Assembly: GCA_047495785.1 (NCBI GenBank)
Contig: JBLDXI010000018.1
Coordinates: forward strand, 124,001 to 188,000
Direction: 5' to 3'
Source: Lepidodermella squamata
Lineage: Eukaryota > Animalia > Gastrotricha
DNA length: 64,000 nucleotides
Numbering within the stretch: position 1 is the stretch's first letter; every line of letters begins with the position of its first letter. Both the position numbers and the translations under genes were made by a program. Positions 34,669 through 47,022 of this stretch are shown piece by piece. The notes under the pieces are model-generated. The model had not been told where the DNA came from and made no database searches. It saw nothing but the letters and a program-made list of their open reading frames with translations.

Positions 34669-37320
34669 TTACTCGACCCTAGCGCACGTGAAGTCGTAGC
34701 GGTGGGTGTTACTGGCTCCACGCTTCAGTTGGAACTGTTGCAGCAACTTTCCATCGGGGCAGGTTGGGCGCAGGTTGGCTAGAGGATACGTTCTTGCCTG
34801 GGGATCATCGACGACTTCATTGGTTGCATGTTGCGAGGTGGTGAATTTACCCGAGAGCTAAAAAGAAATTTCTCTAAAAGTCTAGCAGTTTGATGTATAA
34901 AATTCGCACCGAGCAGCAAACGTAGTAGTAGTAGAAAAAACCTTCACGGCTAGTGTATTCGTCCTTTATGATGGTGAATCTTTGCATAACCTCGTTAGCT
35001 CCGCACTTGACGTTTTGCCTGTCAAGGTAACTGGTATTGCCGTAGTTACCAGATTCTCCCAGGTTCGAGACTATGCGGCAGCTCGATTCGAAAGGAGCAG
35101 AACAGCACGTGTAGGTGTACTGGATGGTGGTTTCGTTCGGCCTGGTTAGGCCGAATGAAGTGAGGTAATTACCGTCCTTGCAATCCAAGTAGTGTAGGGA
35201 CAGCTGGTACATATTCCCATTGCGGTCATCGGTTAACGGGCCATATCGAGTGGCATTGGAGCACTTCTCGTACCAAAAAGGAACTACAAGTAAGCAAAGT
35301 TATTAGATTATAAACCGTGGATATGCAACTTACGGCGAGGAGCGATACTAGCGCAGGTGTATTCGAAGCGCATCATGCCCTGAGCTACATCGCGTTGTAG
35401 ATGCCACCTCTGCATTAGCTCACCGTCCCCGCAGGCGACATTGTGACTGTCAAAGCCCTGCGGTTTGCTATTTTCCTTGTCGTAATTGGTTGCTAGAGCT
35501 CTGGTGGTAACAGCAAATAGGCCTTCAACCTTTAAATGAAAAACAAGAGGGAGATGCATGTTGATGCCCGCTCTTGCAGAGGGGTCAGGGGTCCCATTTC
35601 AGCGTAGGCAATAGTATGAGGTTGCCTAACAGTCAAACACCATAACAGTCAAATCCCATACGAGTCTTATATGAGTAAGCTCGCAAAAAAATTCCATCTT
35701 AGGCAATCAGAGTACTCCCAAAACAAAGGAACTTGCATCACGACCGATTCAAACTGAGACCCACGAGCAATTGGGCACATTAGAGCATCATGATCGCGAT
35801 ATACAAACCTGGCAGCAATTGTAGTAGTATTGGATCTTTCCATTTGTATAGACTAGTTTGAAGCCATTCAGAACTTCATTGGCGTTGCACTTGATATCCT
35901 GTCTGTCGAGGTAGAAAGCTTCCCCTTTGCCGACATCCGTGAGGCCATTGACAACTTGTCTGCACTTTCCGACAGACGGGGCCTTGCAGCACTTGTATTG
36001 ATACGTGGTATCGGACATATCTGGACTGTTAATAGTATTAGGAAGGCTTTTTTGCTTCCACCACTTCAGATAGCTACCATCAGGACAATAGATAGCAAAA
36101 CGGAACAGGTCGGATAATTGGCCGTAGGTATAATCGGTGATCGTTTGCACTTCATCCGAGCAGTAGACAGTCTTCGACGTGGTGGCGGGTACGGCGCAGG
36201 TGTATTCGAAGCGTATCATGCCTTGAGCTACATCGCGTTGTATGTGCCACCTCTGCAGCAGCTCACCGTCCGCGCAGGCGACATTGTGGCTTCCTAAAGA
36301 CGTCGTTTTGTTACTTGCCTTGTCATAATTGGTTGCTAGCACCTTTGTGTTCAGATCATATGCACTATCAACCTGAAAAAAACCACATTAGACATTATAG
36401 GCCGACTTTGAAGTCATGTGATCAAGGGCTAAGTCACGCGGTCGCGCGGTCGTTGTGATGGGGCGGTCGTCTAAACGGTGTAAATAATAATATGTGCCAC
36501 CAGGAGTCGAACTAAGGATGTTGGAATAACAAGCCATGTTTTTGATCCACTACGCCACAAATTCATAGCAATCAAGAGTTTCAATCAGTTTATCGATTGA
36601 GTAAAATGTGGTGTAAATATTTTCCTCCAGTGGATCTAAAACATGGCTTGTTGTTCGACTCCTGGTGGCACATCATTTTTCACTCTCGTGTCAGCAATCG
36701 TCCCGGCCTCTTACCCTCAACACAGTGCCAATTTTGTATACATAGTCTATATTATAGGTATTCCCATATATCCCCCTAAACGCCCCGAGATACTCCTGCT
36801 GTAAATAGCATTGATTCAGCAAATTTTCTCAATACCAACCTCGCAGCAAATGTAGTTGTATCTGATCTGATTCCACCACACGGACAGGTGGAAGCCCTTC
36901 AGAACCTCATTGGCGTTGCATTTGATATCTTGTTTCTCCAGCGAGACGACATCGAAGCTATTGCTATCCGTCAGGTCATTGACAACCTGTCTGCACTTTC
37001 CGGTGGGTACTTTGCAGCACTTGAATTCATACTGAGACGACCAACCAGACGAAGATGGAGCGAACTTGGCCCTCCACGACGCCAGGTAGCTGCCGTCGGG
37101 GCAGTACAGATAACGGAGGTTGAAATCGTATAACATGCCATCGGTGTAGAACGCGTCGGTCGTGCGCACTTCAGTGGAGCACTCGACAAGCTTCGCTGGG
37201 CTGACAGTAGTTTCTGAACACACGAATTCAAAATAGGACCATAATGCATTAAGGAGACAACAACTTACGACTACAGGCCAGTCCGAAAGTTGCCGCGAGC
37301 ACAACTAGTCCGAAATTCAT
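34669..37320 (-). CDS. Secreted Cys triplet-repeat protein copy D (9 repeats), 6 exons
   Basis: ATG 37320; extra 564-nt phase 0-0 exon 36372-35809 carrying three more repeats; ends YDFTCARVE* (TAA 34669-34671). Confidence 0.8.
36492..36672. repeat. Hairpin/MITE-like inverted repeat in intron of copy D
   Basis: ATGTGCCACCAGGAGTCGAAC..AACAAGCCATGTTTT mirrored by AAAACATGGCTTGTT..GTTCGACTCCTGGTGGCACAT. Confidence 0.65.
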
Positions 37321-38091
37321 CTTTTCAAATCGACAGTCGAATTAAAAGGAAGAAGAGGATGAATGCATAGATGACACTTCTGCCGGTAGAGCTTGTAGAT
37401 GATGTTTATGCACGGAGTTTTTTTTAACTTGCTTCTACCGAAAAAGAGCGTGGTTGTGGGGGCGGATACGCAGCTATTGTTTGCTGACACCGATAGCTAT
37501 ATTAATATATAGCTAAACTGTTAATGCTTTTTATTATTAATCAACTGCCGTTAGCAAATATTTTAAACAATTTTTAATTATTATTCACAACATAAACATA
37601 ACTTGAGCGATTCTCGCTTGCTCTCTGACAGTGCGATAATGACGAAATTGCACAGCTGGCCTGGCAGTTATTCTTAGCTTCCGATTTTGCCGAGTTCAAA
37701 ACGTTACTGAAGCAAGGTTTGACCTCATTTATATTGTCGAATTACCTTTATTCTCGTTGAGCAGTTTTACAGTTGGGGGAACCCTCGCGGCTAGCCTTAG
37801 TAGACGCAGATAGGAAACCCTCATTACGAGCCCTGCGTACGTCCTATGGGCCACAACTGACTTTTCTGATGGCTTAAAAACTTACCAATCACAGTGAATT
37901 TTTCAAACGCTCGAATCGCTCTTTGCTCAACCTTTTTGGCTTTGGGTGTCGAATTCTCAAATGCAGAATGGAGCCTAGTTCGTGATTAGATATTCCGTGA
38001 TATTAATTTATTAATTGTCATAGCGAAAAATACCCGCTATAGCCGGCGAAATCAGCGGGCAGAAGCTCAAATTTTATTCAGTTTATCCCTG

Positions 38092-39653
38092 TTAAACCCC
38101 AATGAAAGAGGTAACCATGAATAAAGTATTAATCGGCTGGTCAAAAGGGACCATGTGCCCAGCGTTTCGCATGACGAAGAACGTGAGCTGCCCAGCAGAT
38201 GTTGAGTAACCAAAGGCTTCCCCGGTATTGTCGGTCCAGATTTGTTTAGGAGCATGCCGCCAGTCTTCCTTGTGAGCCCAGTTGAGGGAGCGCAGGAATA
38301 GCTCGCTACCAACTGTTGGCACGATAATGTCGAGGTTGCCGCTGTAATACAAGATTGGAATCTCGGTTTTGTTCAGAAGATACTCGACTTGGCTTTTTGT
38401 GGTATTCATGAAATCTACGATCAAGTGCTGAGCAACAATTTTGGAGCCATCGTTGTATGGCAAGGATCCGACATGAATCTTGCGACGAGTATCATTCAAC
38501 TCAAGATAAGACTCAAAGTAATCCATTTCCGGGGGAGATTTCTGGAAATAAAATTAATAAGTAATAATCGTAGAATATTTTAGTTCATACCTTGCACAGC
38601 ATGAAATTGTAATGATCTGTGCATCCTGTAGCATTCAGCTGATAGATCGGGTAAGGATAAAACACCCCGAGCATTAGAGGGTCGAAGACGTTGTAAGCAG
38701 CAGAGAGTTGTCCTAACTTCACTAAGTCCAGGGCCAGGGATATCTGGCTGTTGAAGTAATCCCGTTGAGCGCTGTCGAACAGCCCAAGACTGTACATGTG
38801 ACCGCCCATGGGAAGGAACATCTATAATAAAGAAAGCGCTCCTGTCATATCTGGAAGTTTGTTTTCAGCCTTAAGTGAGGGTGAATCAAAGCAGTATAGT
38901 ACCGATTTGATTCTAACTTATTTGGCACGAAAAATATTCCTGAAATGACAGACTTACGATTGGATCTGAATAAGCATTCCCAATCAAAACTCCGGAAAGT
39001 TTGGCGACTGGAGACACTCCTCCGTTGGAGTCGTAGAAATCTTCCATCTTTGCAAGCTTCTGAGCAAAAGCAGGGACATATTTGCCGGCATAAGATTCTC
39101 CTGATAAGAAAAACTGCTTGGTCTGCAATTCAGGAAACATCGCGTAGAACTGAACAAAAAAGCTATACAAATCATCAGCAACTCCATCTTCATCGGTTCT
39201 GTAGCCATTGGGATCTGTTACGAATGAAAAACCAGTACCTACAGGACTGTCAATGTAAATCATGTTGTAGAAGTTGGTCCAGGAAGCTGGCCGTCTTGAG
39301 ACTTGATTATTAGCATCAACTTGGAATGGTCCATTTTCAGCGAATAACCCAAACAGGGATGATGACCCTGGTCCACCCTGAAGCCACAAAACTAGTGGGG
39401 CTTCGCCTTCATTGCGATTTGTTGGTGTGAACCAAAAGAACAGGTTTCCTCCAGTTTTGTTATTGATCGTAATAAAACCGGAGTAACTCTCTTGCCCAGG
39501 AATCAAAGGCTCAACTTTGGATTGTAGCCTCGCTTGATCTATCTGCCCTGACTGAATTAAAGGGGTGAGAAACAACGGCTGTCCCGGATCTATGTCAGCA
39601 TGAGAACTTGCTACGAGTGCTAAAACCCAGATAAAAATACTTCCTAGATGCAT
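38092..39653 (-). CDS. CPVL: Serine carboxypeptidase (peptidase S10), CPVL/vitellogenic carboxypeptidase-like
   Basis: Signal peptide, PLFLTP, WLQGGPGSSS, GESYAG (Ser), GNLD (Asp), AGHMVP (His); exons 39653-38958, 38821-38591, 38541-38092 join in frame. Confidence 0.9.
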
Positions 39654-39689
39654 GGTTAAAAAGCCGGAATGTGATGATATGATGGTTGT

Positions 39690-39900
39690 TTTTCAGTGCA
39701 TATCAGGAATGATTAGATAACAGCGTGGAGTGAAATCAGTGACCCGGAACGGGCGCAGTGTGTTCAAACACAAATCATTTTATTCGAAGAAAGAGGTCAA
39801 ATCCAACATCGCCGGCTTCGATTTTATACCAAATGTTGTCCCAGGCCTTTTGCATCATAGGCTAGTTGATATTTGATGTATGTCAACTGTAGCCACAACC
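39690..39900 (-). pseudogene. Decayed remnant of sulfite oxidase 3' end and downstream flank
   Basis: Aligns by eye with ~53640-53825; residual AKGL..NIWYKIE vs AKGLVNNIWHRIK. Confidence 0.6.
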
Positions 39901-39961
39901 TTTCCACCTTCACAGTTAGCTATCATGCTTTTGTGATGGTTCGCAAATTTTAGGAGATATC

Positions 39962-41510
39962 TCATGGCGAATACCATGTATCGTTGCAATTTGGCCGCTC
40001 ACAAAGAGCGCCGTTCATCTCCGGCGCCTCGATACATCCGAGATCGTCCCATTGCCCGGTACTGGGAACAACTCGGCCACACAATATTGGAGATACGTAA
40101 CAGCCTTGATAGTTTGGCTCCCCGGGATACCACTTTGTCCAAGTAACTGGGGTTGCTCGGTTCCAGCCGATCGTATCAAACCATAAATTAGTTTTGTTCA
40201 ATCTCAGGGAAAACCAATAGCCGTTGCAACCATAAGGAATGGTAGCATCTAAATTTCAATGTTAAATGTTCATAAAACAAACTGCCAATTGAATATTAGA
40301 GATATAAGTTACCGAGCTTTGGAATGAGAACGCTCTGATCTGCATCTGACAGGACAACTGCCAGACGTGCGTTTTGTTTAACGCATTGGTCATAAGCCGT
40401 CGTCCAGTTCCACTGTCCATTAAGTACAAAAAATTTATTTGAATAAGTGTTGTAGCAGTTATCCAGATTTGGTGGTTTCTCTTGTTGAAACGGTCTTGTC
40501 GTAGTTGTTGATGTGGATGTGGAGGTTGAAGTGGAAGTGGAAGTGGAAGTGGAAGTTGATGTAGACGTGGTTGTTGGTGTCGTTGTCGTAGTAGTAGTAG
40601 GTGTCGTCGTTGTTGTTGTTGTCGAAGTTGACGTCGTTGTAGCCGTCGTAGATGTCGTCGTTGTCGTTGTCGACGTGGAAGTGGTAGTTGGTGTTGTTGT
40701 TGAAGCTGACATGGAAGTCGATGTAAACGTGGGTGTTTTAGTGGTAGTTGGGGTGGTTGTCGATGTTTTAGTCATGGTTGATGTGGTCATCGGTGTTGCT
40801 GTTGACGTAGGACTAGCCGCAGCTTGTGTGGAAGATGAATCCGGTGCGTAGATTATTGGTGGAATTACAACAGGAACTACAACAGGAGGAGAAGTCGCCT
40901 TTGTCGTGAGTGAATTTGTCGGTGTTGACGATGAGCTTCCTTGACAGCAACTAGTCCTACATTTCGAAAAGCAGTCATACGAGTAAGGCGAGTAACTGCA
41001 GTTTGTTGGACAAATTGAATTAGGCGTTGAAGCAGTTGCAGCACTGGGCGATTTCGTTGTTGAATCAGATTGCGCGCACTCAGCAGCGCACAGGCATAGG
41101 TATGGTGGGCAGGAAACCTGTTTACAAGGCCCATTGAAGTGCCAGATGAGGCATAGAAGCCATAATATGAGTATTGTAGTAGTTATAGCGAGGCTTGCAA
41201 GAGAAAGGGCTAACGATCGCCGATATCGCTTTCTATCAAGTGGTTGCTCCGAAGCATACAGTAAAGCTGGAACTGATAGGAAAGCTCCGACTAAACCGCC
41301 AACAAGAACTGCAGCAACCAAAGTTGCGATGGCAAAGATTTTAGCCATATTCGGAACATCCGATGTTTGATTTTTCGGATCAAGAGGAGTCGGTGAGTAT
41401 GAAAAATCAGAAAATGGCGACTGTGGCGACGGCGCATATCTGGGACTATAAGGAATCACCGTCGATTGTTTCCTCAGAGACGAATAAGTTGGCGCCTGAT
41501 AACTCATCAT
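39962..41510 (-). CDS. Membrane-anchored mucin-stalk C-type lectin, EPN type (lectin 1)
   Basis: Two N-terminal hydrophobic segments, Cys-rich neck, Thr/Ser stalk, CTLD split by intron 40312-40249 (W..A...C....ARLA, W..GEPN, C, GQWDD.GC, ALCE). Confidence 0.85.
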
Positions 41511-41815
41511 CAAGTATTTACATTATAGAATGTTGACCTATCAGCAGAAAAAGCCGACAGAGTGACTTTTAAGATCCCTTGTAATGGTTTCTCCTTTCCA
41601 TAAGTATTTCAATTTTTACCCACTGGACCACACTCAATGACAGTCACCGAAAAATATGCCCCATCAAATCCTTTGAGGAAAGGGGTAGGGGTACGTTTTC
41701 GGCGGACACTTCACGGTTAAATGATGGCTGTAATTGACCTAATTCGCGTTCAATTTTCAAAATGTTGAAGCATTTGTGGACCATTTTGAGAGAATATAAT
41801 AAAAAATGGTCAGAT

Positions 41816-42187
41816 GTAAAGTACGCACAATATTTTTTTTGCCTCGCATTATTTCATTTACTCCATAACCATGAAGAATTTCGTGAAGCGGTTTTCAGCA
41901 TTCGATAGATCTGGTGTGCGGTAACATTTCCTGAAATTCTTGTTAGAATTCTAGCGAACAAATCCAGCAATGAGCAGCTTTGGTCATATCGCATATCGGA
42001 TGGAAAATAGGGAAGATTTCGCAAGACGCATTTTTACCACCAATCGTTTCGCTCGAATCTGATTCTAAAGAGAATTTCAGGAAAGTTAACCGCACACCAG
42101 ATCTATCGAATGCTGAAAACCGGTTCTTCATGGTTATGGATTGAATGAAATAATGCGAGGCAAAAAAAAATACTGTGCGAACTTTAC
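41816..42187. mobile_element. MITE with ~125-bp TIRs upstream of lectin 1
   Basis: 41816-41941 mirrored by ~42068-42187; absent from the paralogous upstream region of lectin 2; no TSD seen. Confidence 0.7.
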
Positions 42188-42671
42188 GCGATTGAAGAGA
42201 CAAAAGTATTTCGCCGACATTTTAGGAAAAAAGATGCGATGGCAGACAATTTTTTGCCCTGAAACAAAATCGGAACGCTTCTCCATTGATTAAATAAATA
42301 ATCTGACGTCAATGAACCTGTATGTACCAGTCTATGGCATACATTTTTTATTGCCTCAACGAGACTTTTGGACGCCGCTAAAAATTAGGGCGCTATATAT
42401 TCATTTAAAAGGTCAACTCTATGCTTTTGGCAGTAGCCTTGCGTTTGAATACGCGAATTTGCTATTGAAAGGTAACTCGCGGTAATTCCGCCTATTCCGA
42501 ATCGTCTAATTTATCCTACACTCAGAACTTGATCGTTTTTTTGCATAGCAGAAATGATTCGATAAAACTATATAGAGTGAAATCATCGACCCGGAACGGC
42601 CCCTGTTAGTTCAAACATAGCATTTTATTCGAAGGAAAAATTGAGTTCCTATAAAGAGGTCAAATTCGGTT

Positions 42672-43486
42672 TCATATAATTTCCACTTTGATTCGATGCC
42701 AAACGTTGTTGACCAATCCTTTCGCGTTCCAGATAGCTTTGAGTGACTCTGGTTGCGAGTTCTGATGCGGATCTGTAGCCATACAAGTTAGTTCCAGGGC
42801 CGAAACTTGATCCGGAATAGCTATCTCACTAGACCAGTGAACAGTGAACCCAAGTCCATTGCCTGAGATCAGAAACATGAGGCAGATTTTCGAGAATAGA
42901 TGGACTCTACCTGTGTCGAGGAAAAGGTTTTGGCTCGCTGCCAATTTCCGCCTCCATCAATCGAAACCAGCACTTTTTCGATGGAATTCCCGCCGCCACT
43001 GTACGCAAAACCCTTAACCGTCAAGGGCGAGTCCCTTCGAGAAATGTTCGCCCCGTCCAGGGGTTGGACAATAGCTGATTGAACAGGTGATTCGTAGATG
43101 GGGCGGAACTGTAACATGTCGACGTCTCGAAGAGGAAAACGGTGATCTGGTGGAAGGGGGCTTCAATTCATGCGGAACGCCAGCAGCACATCGTCCTTAT
43201 CGCGCAGTAATTTATCCTTAGGAACCGATCCACTGAATGCAACACCACTTGAATCAATGTCCAGACCTTCGAAAGTCAAGTGACGAATTCGCTCGTCTTT
43301 TTCCAAGCCGACCCCGTATCGCTTGAGAACATCGATCAGGCGGACCCCCGTCCACTCGGCCGTGCTAATGGCGCCGACATCCCACGGCATGCCTTGAACA
43401 GGAGCGATTGAGGCCATGACCTGTCTCCGATTTCCGCCGCATTGAATTGTAACAGCGAGCTTGACGATTTCGAAATTTCTGAACAA
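42672..43486 (-). pseudogene. SUOX: Partial sulfite oxidase pseudogene
   Basis: Near-identical to 53754-54830 but lacks the b5 domain and exon 2, has TGA after FRMN, and jumps from FPLR straight to DVDML (internal deletion). Confidence 0.85.
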
Positions 43487-43964
43487 ATAATAATTATTGA
43501 ACAGTTATGAAAAATTAGTAAAAGGGCGAAATTTGGCGACATTGTCAATCACAACAGTTCGCAGCTCTATTGCTTGATCATGTAGCAGATTTTGGGCTTG
43601 CTTCACCTCGGTCCTCAGTGTAGGGCCCCTGTCAATGTGGGGCCTCCCGGCGAGTGGCAAATTCGGTTGCGGCCGGGTGTGCTGTCGGACCCTTTCGGCT
43701 TTGCCTTCATATTTCCAAGACGAAATGTCTTCCCCTTGTTATTTATGACCACCTGAAATTGCTGTCGTCGGCTTCCCCGTCATCAGTTTATAACATTTTC
43801 TAGGAGCCGCGACCCCGACCCCCTCATCGTTACCCTGATTTTTAGGATCATAATTAAATATTATGTAACGCCTTTTATTGTCGCTTTTCATGACATTTGT
43901 TCACTCGTCACCGTAAATTGTTGAAAGACATTTTTAGGCTGTGGAATTTGTTATTCGACAAAGC

Positions 43965-44825
43965 GAAACGAAACGAAAAGCTTTTTATTTTGTCCTTTTT
44001 TCCAGATAAAACGAACGAAAATGTACAATTTGGAAGGTAAGAAAAAAAGGCGCAGGCACATCACGAAAAGGCGCTTGTCCGGGACAGTGCGCCACTCATA
44101 ACACCGGACGGGCACATACTGAAATTATCACAAGGAGCGGAATTATCAGACACAGCAGAAGACAGAAGGCTAGTGATTAGTGGTAGGACAGCAGAGACGG
44201 AAGGTAGAGGACGGGAGAAGAAGAAACAAGGAAATAAGCAGGAAGGATAAGAAGAAAGAGGAGAGAGACTAACATTGTGGGACAGGGAGCGGGCCGGGCG
44301 GCAGGCGAGCGTTGAGAAGGAAGACAGGCGACTTCACAGGCGGCGACGCGGAAAGCCGAACATTCTCGATGTCTTCGCGAAGCGGCAGCACAAAGCGTAC
44401 GACGTTGTCGGCATAGCGGCACTGGACGGCTTGTAAGTGCGAGGACAGACTGGGCAGGCGACAGCGCTGCTCCAGCGCACTAACACGAACACGATCATCG
44501 AGACGGACATGGAGAATGGCGCGCAGACAGTTATTCTGAAGCACGTCTAGGCGGCGGAGCTGCGTCTTCGCAGCAGACGCAAAGGAAACGAAGCCGAAGG
44601 TGGCGATGGAACGGACGAGCGCCAGGTAGGCGGTGCGGCGCCACCGAAAAGACAGCCCTGGCCGGCTAACAACCGAGCGGAACCACGACAGATTCTTCCC
44701 ACAGCGATGGAGCACATGGTCGACATGGGGCTTCCAGGTCAACTTCTCATCGAACAGAATGCCCAGAATTCGAAGTACAGAGACTTGCGGGATGACAGTG
44801 CCTCCAAGCACGAGCCTCACACCTC
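43965..44825 (-). mobile_element. 5'-truncated LINE (Jockey/I-group-like): RT thumb/C-terminus and 3' UTR
   Basis: ILGILFDEKLTWKPHV..Y.ALVRS...LDVLQNNCLRAI; tail (TTTCG)n; candidate 7-bp TSD ACAAAGC at 43958-43964 and 44826-44832. Confidence 0.8.
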
Positions 44826-45239
44826 ACAAAGCAAATCAAAATTCGGCTTTATGACTAGATGTCAATGCCCAGCACATCAACTCGCCCAAATGTTTGTCGA
44901 TCAAGCTGCATCGCTTTTTCGTTCTTGATCAGACTGGAAACGCTGAAGTGTAAACCAGGTTATCGAGTTTGATCCATAGGTGATCATTTTATTTAGAAGC
45001 ACAGGTCTCGTGCAAAATAATCGCAAAAAGCAACACACCAGCATACTTACATACGAGTAAACAGCGATTTTCTGCAAATTTAAGGCTACCCATATGTATT
45101 AATATTGCCCTAGGGGAGGCCTGTTATGAGATGATCACATAACAAGCCGAGGCGCAGTTATGTTATCATCGAGAAACAGGGCGGACCGTGGGAACTTTTT
45201 TACACATTACTCGAAGGGGACAGCTATCACCGCTATGGG

Positions 45240-47022
45240 ATGTCTGTACTTGCACAAACGATTTTGCACAAAAGCATTTGCACAAATGCAGTTGCACAAA
45301 ATATTTTGCACAAACTGCATTTTTCAAGCGGAATCAAGTTTAATAAGAAGGTCGTCGCTAGCTGCACCCGCGCGCTGGGTGCATTTAATTTGCTAGCTGC
45401 ACCCGAGGGTTATAGCTAGTTACACCCGGAAGATGCGCGAAAATAGCTGCGTGCACCTGGGCATCTGGGTGCGACTATTTTGCTACATACACCCAATACA
45501 TTTGATAGGACGGATATGAAATCACGGGTGCAGGGAGAAAAACCGCTACACCCTCTTAATCGCGCGCGGCGGCTAAAGAGCCGTTCATTGCGCGCTAATG
45601 AGTTAATAATCTGCCCGGTGCTGCTGATCAATAACATCAGTTGAAGAGTCGCGTTTTCGAGGCCTTGCAATTAATGGCTGAAAGCGTGCACGCAGGCGCA
45701 CCGCATCTACCTTTCGCTCGCGTTCATTAACACCACTAATCAATCTTCTCGAGCCTCGAGCCTCGAGTCTTCAGCGACATGAAAAATTACATCAATAACC
45801 AATTACCGCCCGGCTTCCTGCCTTGAACTCGCGCCCCTATTGCTTGATTTTCACCAGGAAATATAAGTGTTTCCCTCGTTGAACGCGGAATGCACCATGA
45901 TGGCCATGATTGCACCCGCAGCGGCGTAGTCGGCGCGGAAGAAAATGCAGAAATCGTAACCGCCAATGGTCGACTTCAAGGACGGCTTCCATTTCCGGGC
46001 GACCTACTCCGAGCGCTTGTTTCCAACTGGGGTGACTGTATATAGTGGGGTGACATTGACACTTTGACACTAATAGTAATTCCTAATTCCTACTCTCTGT
46101 TCCTCCAAGCTTTGACATGCCAAAATGGGGTGACTTTGGCATGCCGAAGACGGTAAGGTAAAGACCTCGCGAAAGGAGTACCGTGTTGGATAGCCTGGAG
46201 GTGGGGCATTATAATAATGACATATGATTAATATTCAATTAGGCGGCTTCGGTTTATCCGTCACCGAATAGTTTCATTTAATATTAATATAGAAATTGAA
46301 AAAATGCCGCGACATTACCTATTATGTCCTGTCCCAGAATGGGTTGTTATGATGCGCATTGTGCACATCCGGGCTGGCCTTTCCTTGGGCTATCCAACGG
46401 TACCCCACTCACGGGGTCCTTACCTTGCCATCTAAGTCTAAGTCACCCCAGGTACGTAATCTTGTTTAATTACTTCTGTACACCTTGCCGCCCCGACAGC
46501 TGGCTTCCTAATTCCTTATTGTTTGTACAGGGTGTAGCGAGTCAAATCGTCGCACCCACACTAACGCGCGGCATAGGGTGTAGCGAGCAAAATGGTTGCA
46601 CCCTTAGGGTGTAGCTAGCAAATAGGATGCACCCGCGTGTGGGTGCAAATAGCACACTCGTAATAAGAAAATTGAATATACCAGATTGAAGGCAAAGCCC
46701 ATGAGCATCAAAGACTGATTTCGGGCACTGATTTCTGAGATATTTTAATGCGTCCGATTCGAGTTTAAATTACAAGGGGTGGCGAGTTTCACGTTCGGAC
46801 GTAGGGCAATGATGAATTGAAGAAATGAAGCTGAAATCAATCAATCAACGATGCCATGTCCATTTTTTCTGCTACTATCACTGCGCTGCCCTTGCGTTAG
46901 ACAGTTTTTCTAGGCATTGAATGATGAAATCCGCTATGAAAATGGAGTTTGAGCAAAATATTTTGTGCAACTGCATTTGTGCAAATGCTTCTAAGCAAAA
47001 TCGTTTGTGCAAGTACAGGTAA
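45240..47022. mobile_element. Foldback-like TIR element with TTGCACAAA subrepeats
   Basis: ~85-bp arms 45244-45325 and ~46938-47018 are reverse complements, each built of spaced TTGCACAAA units. Confidence 0.7.
45350..46660. mobile_element. Mutator-like non-autonomous element nested in the foldback element
   Basis: Exact 9-bp TSD TAATAAGAA (45341-45349, 46661-46669); imperfect TIRs rich in TGCACCC/GGGTGCA. Confidence 0.75.

Noticed and set aside
22873-37320. Naming the repeat family dermatopontin or VMO-I
   Set aside because: Only the three-repeat Cys architecture is similar; diagnostic motifs such as DRxW are absent
40513-40851. Val-rich ORF (also 49134-49577)
   Set aside because: Antisense shadow of Thr/Ser mucin codons
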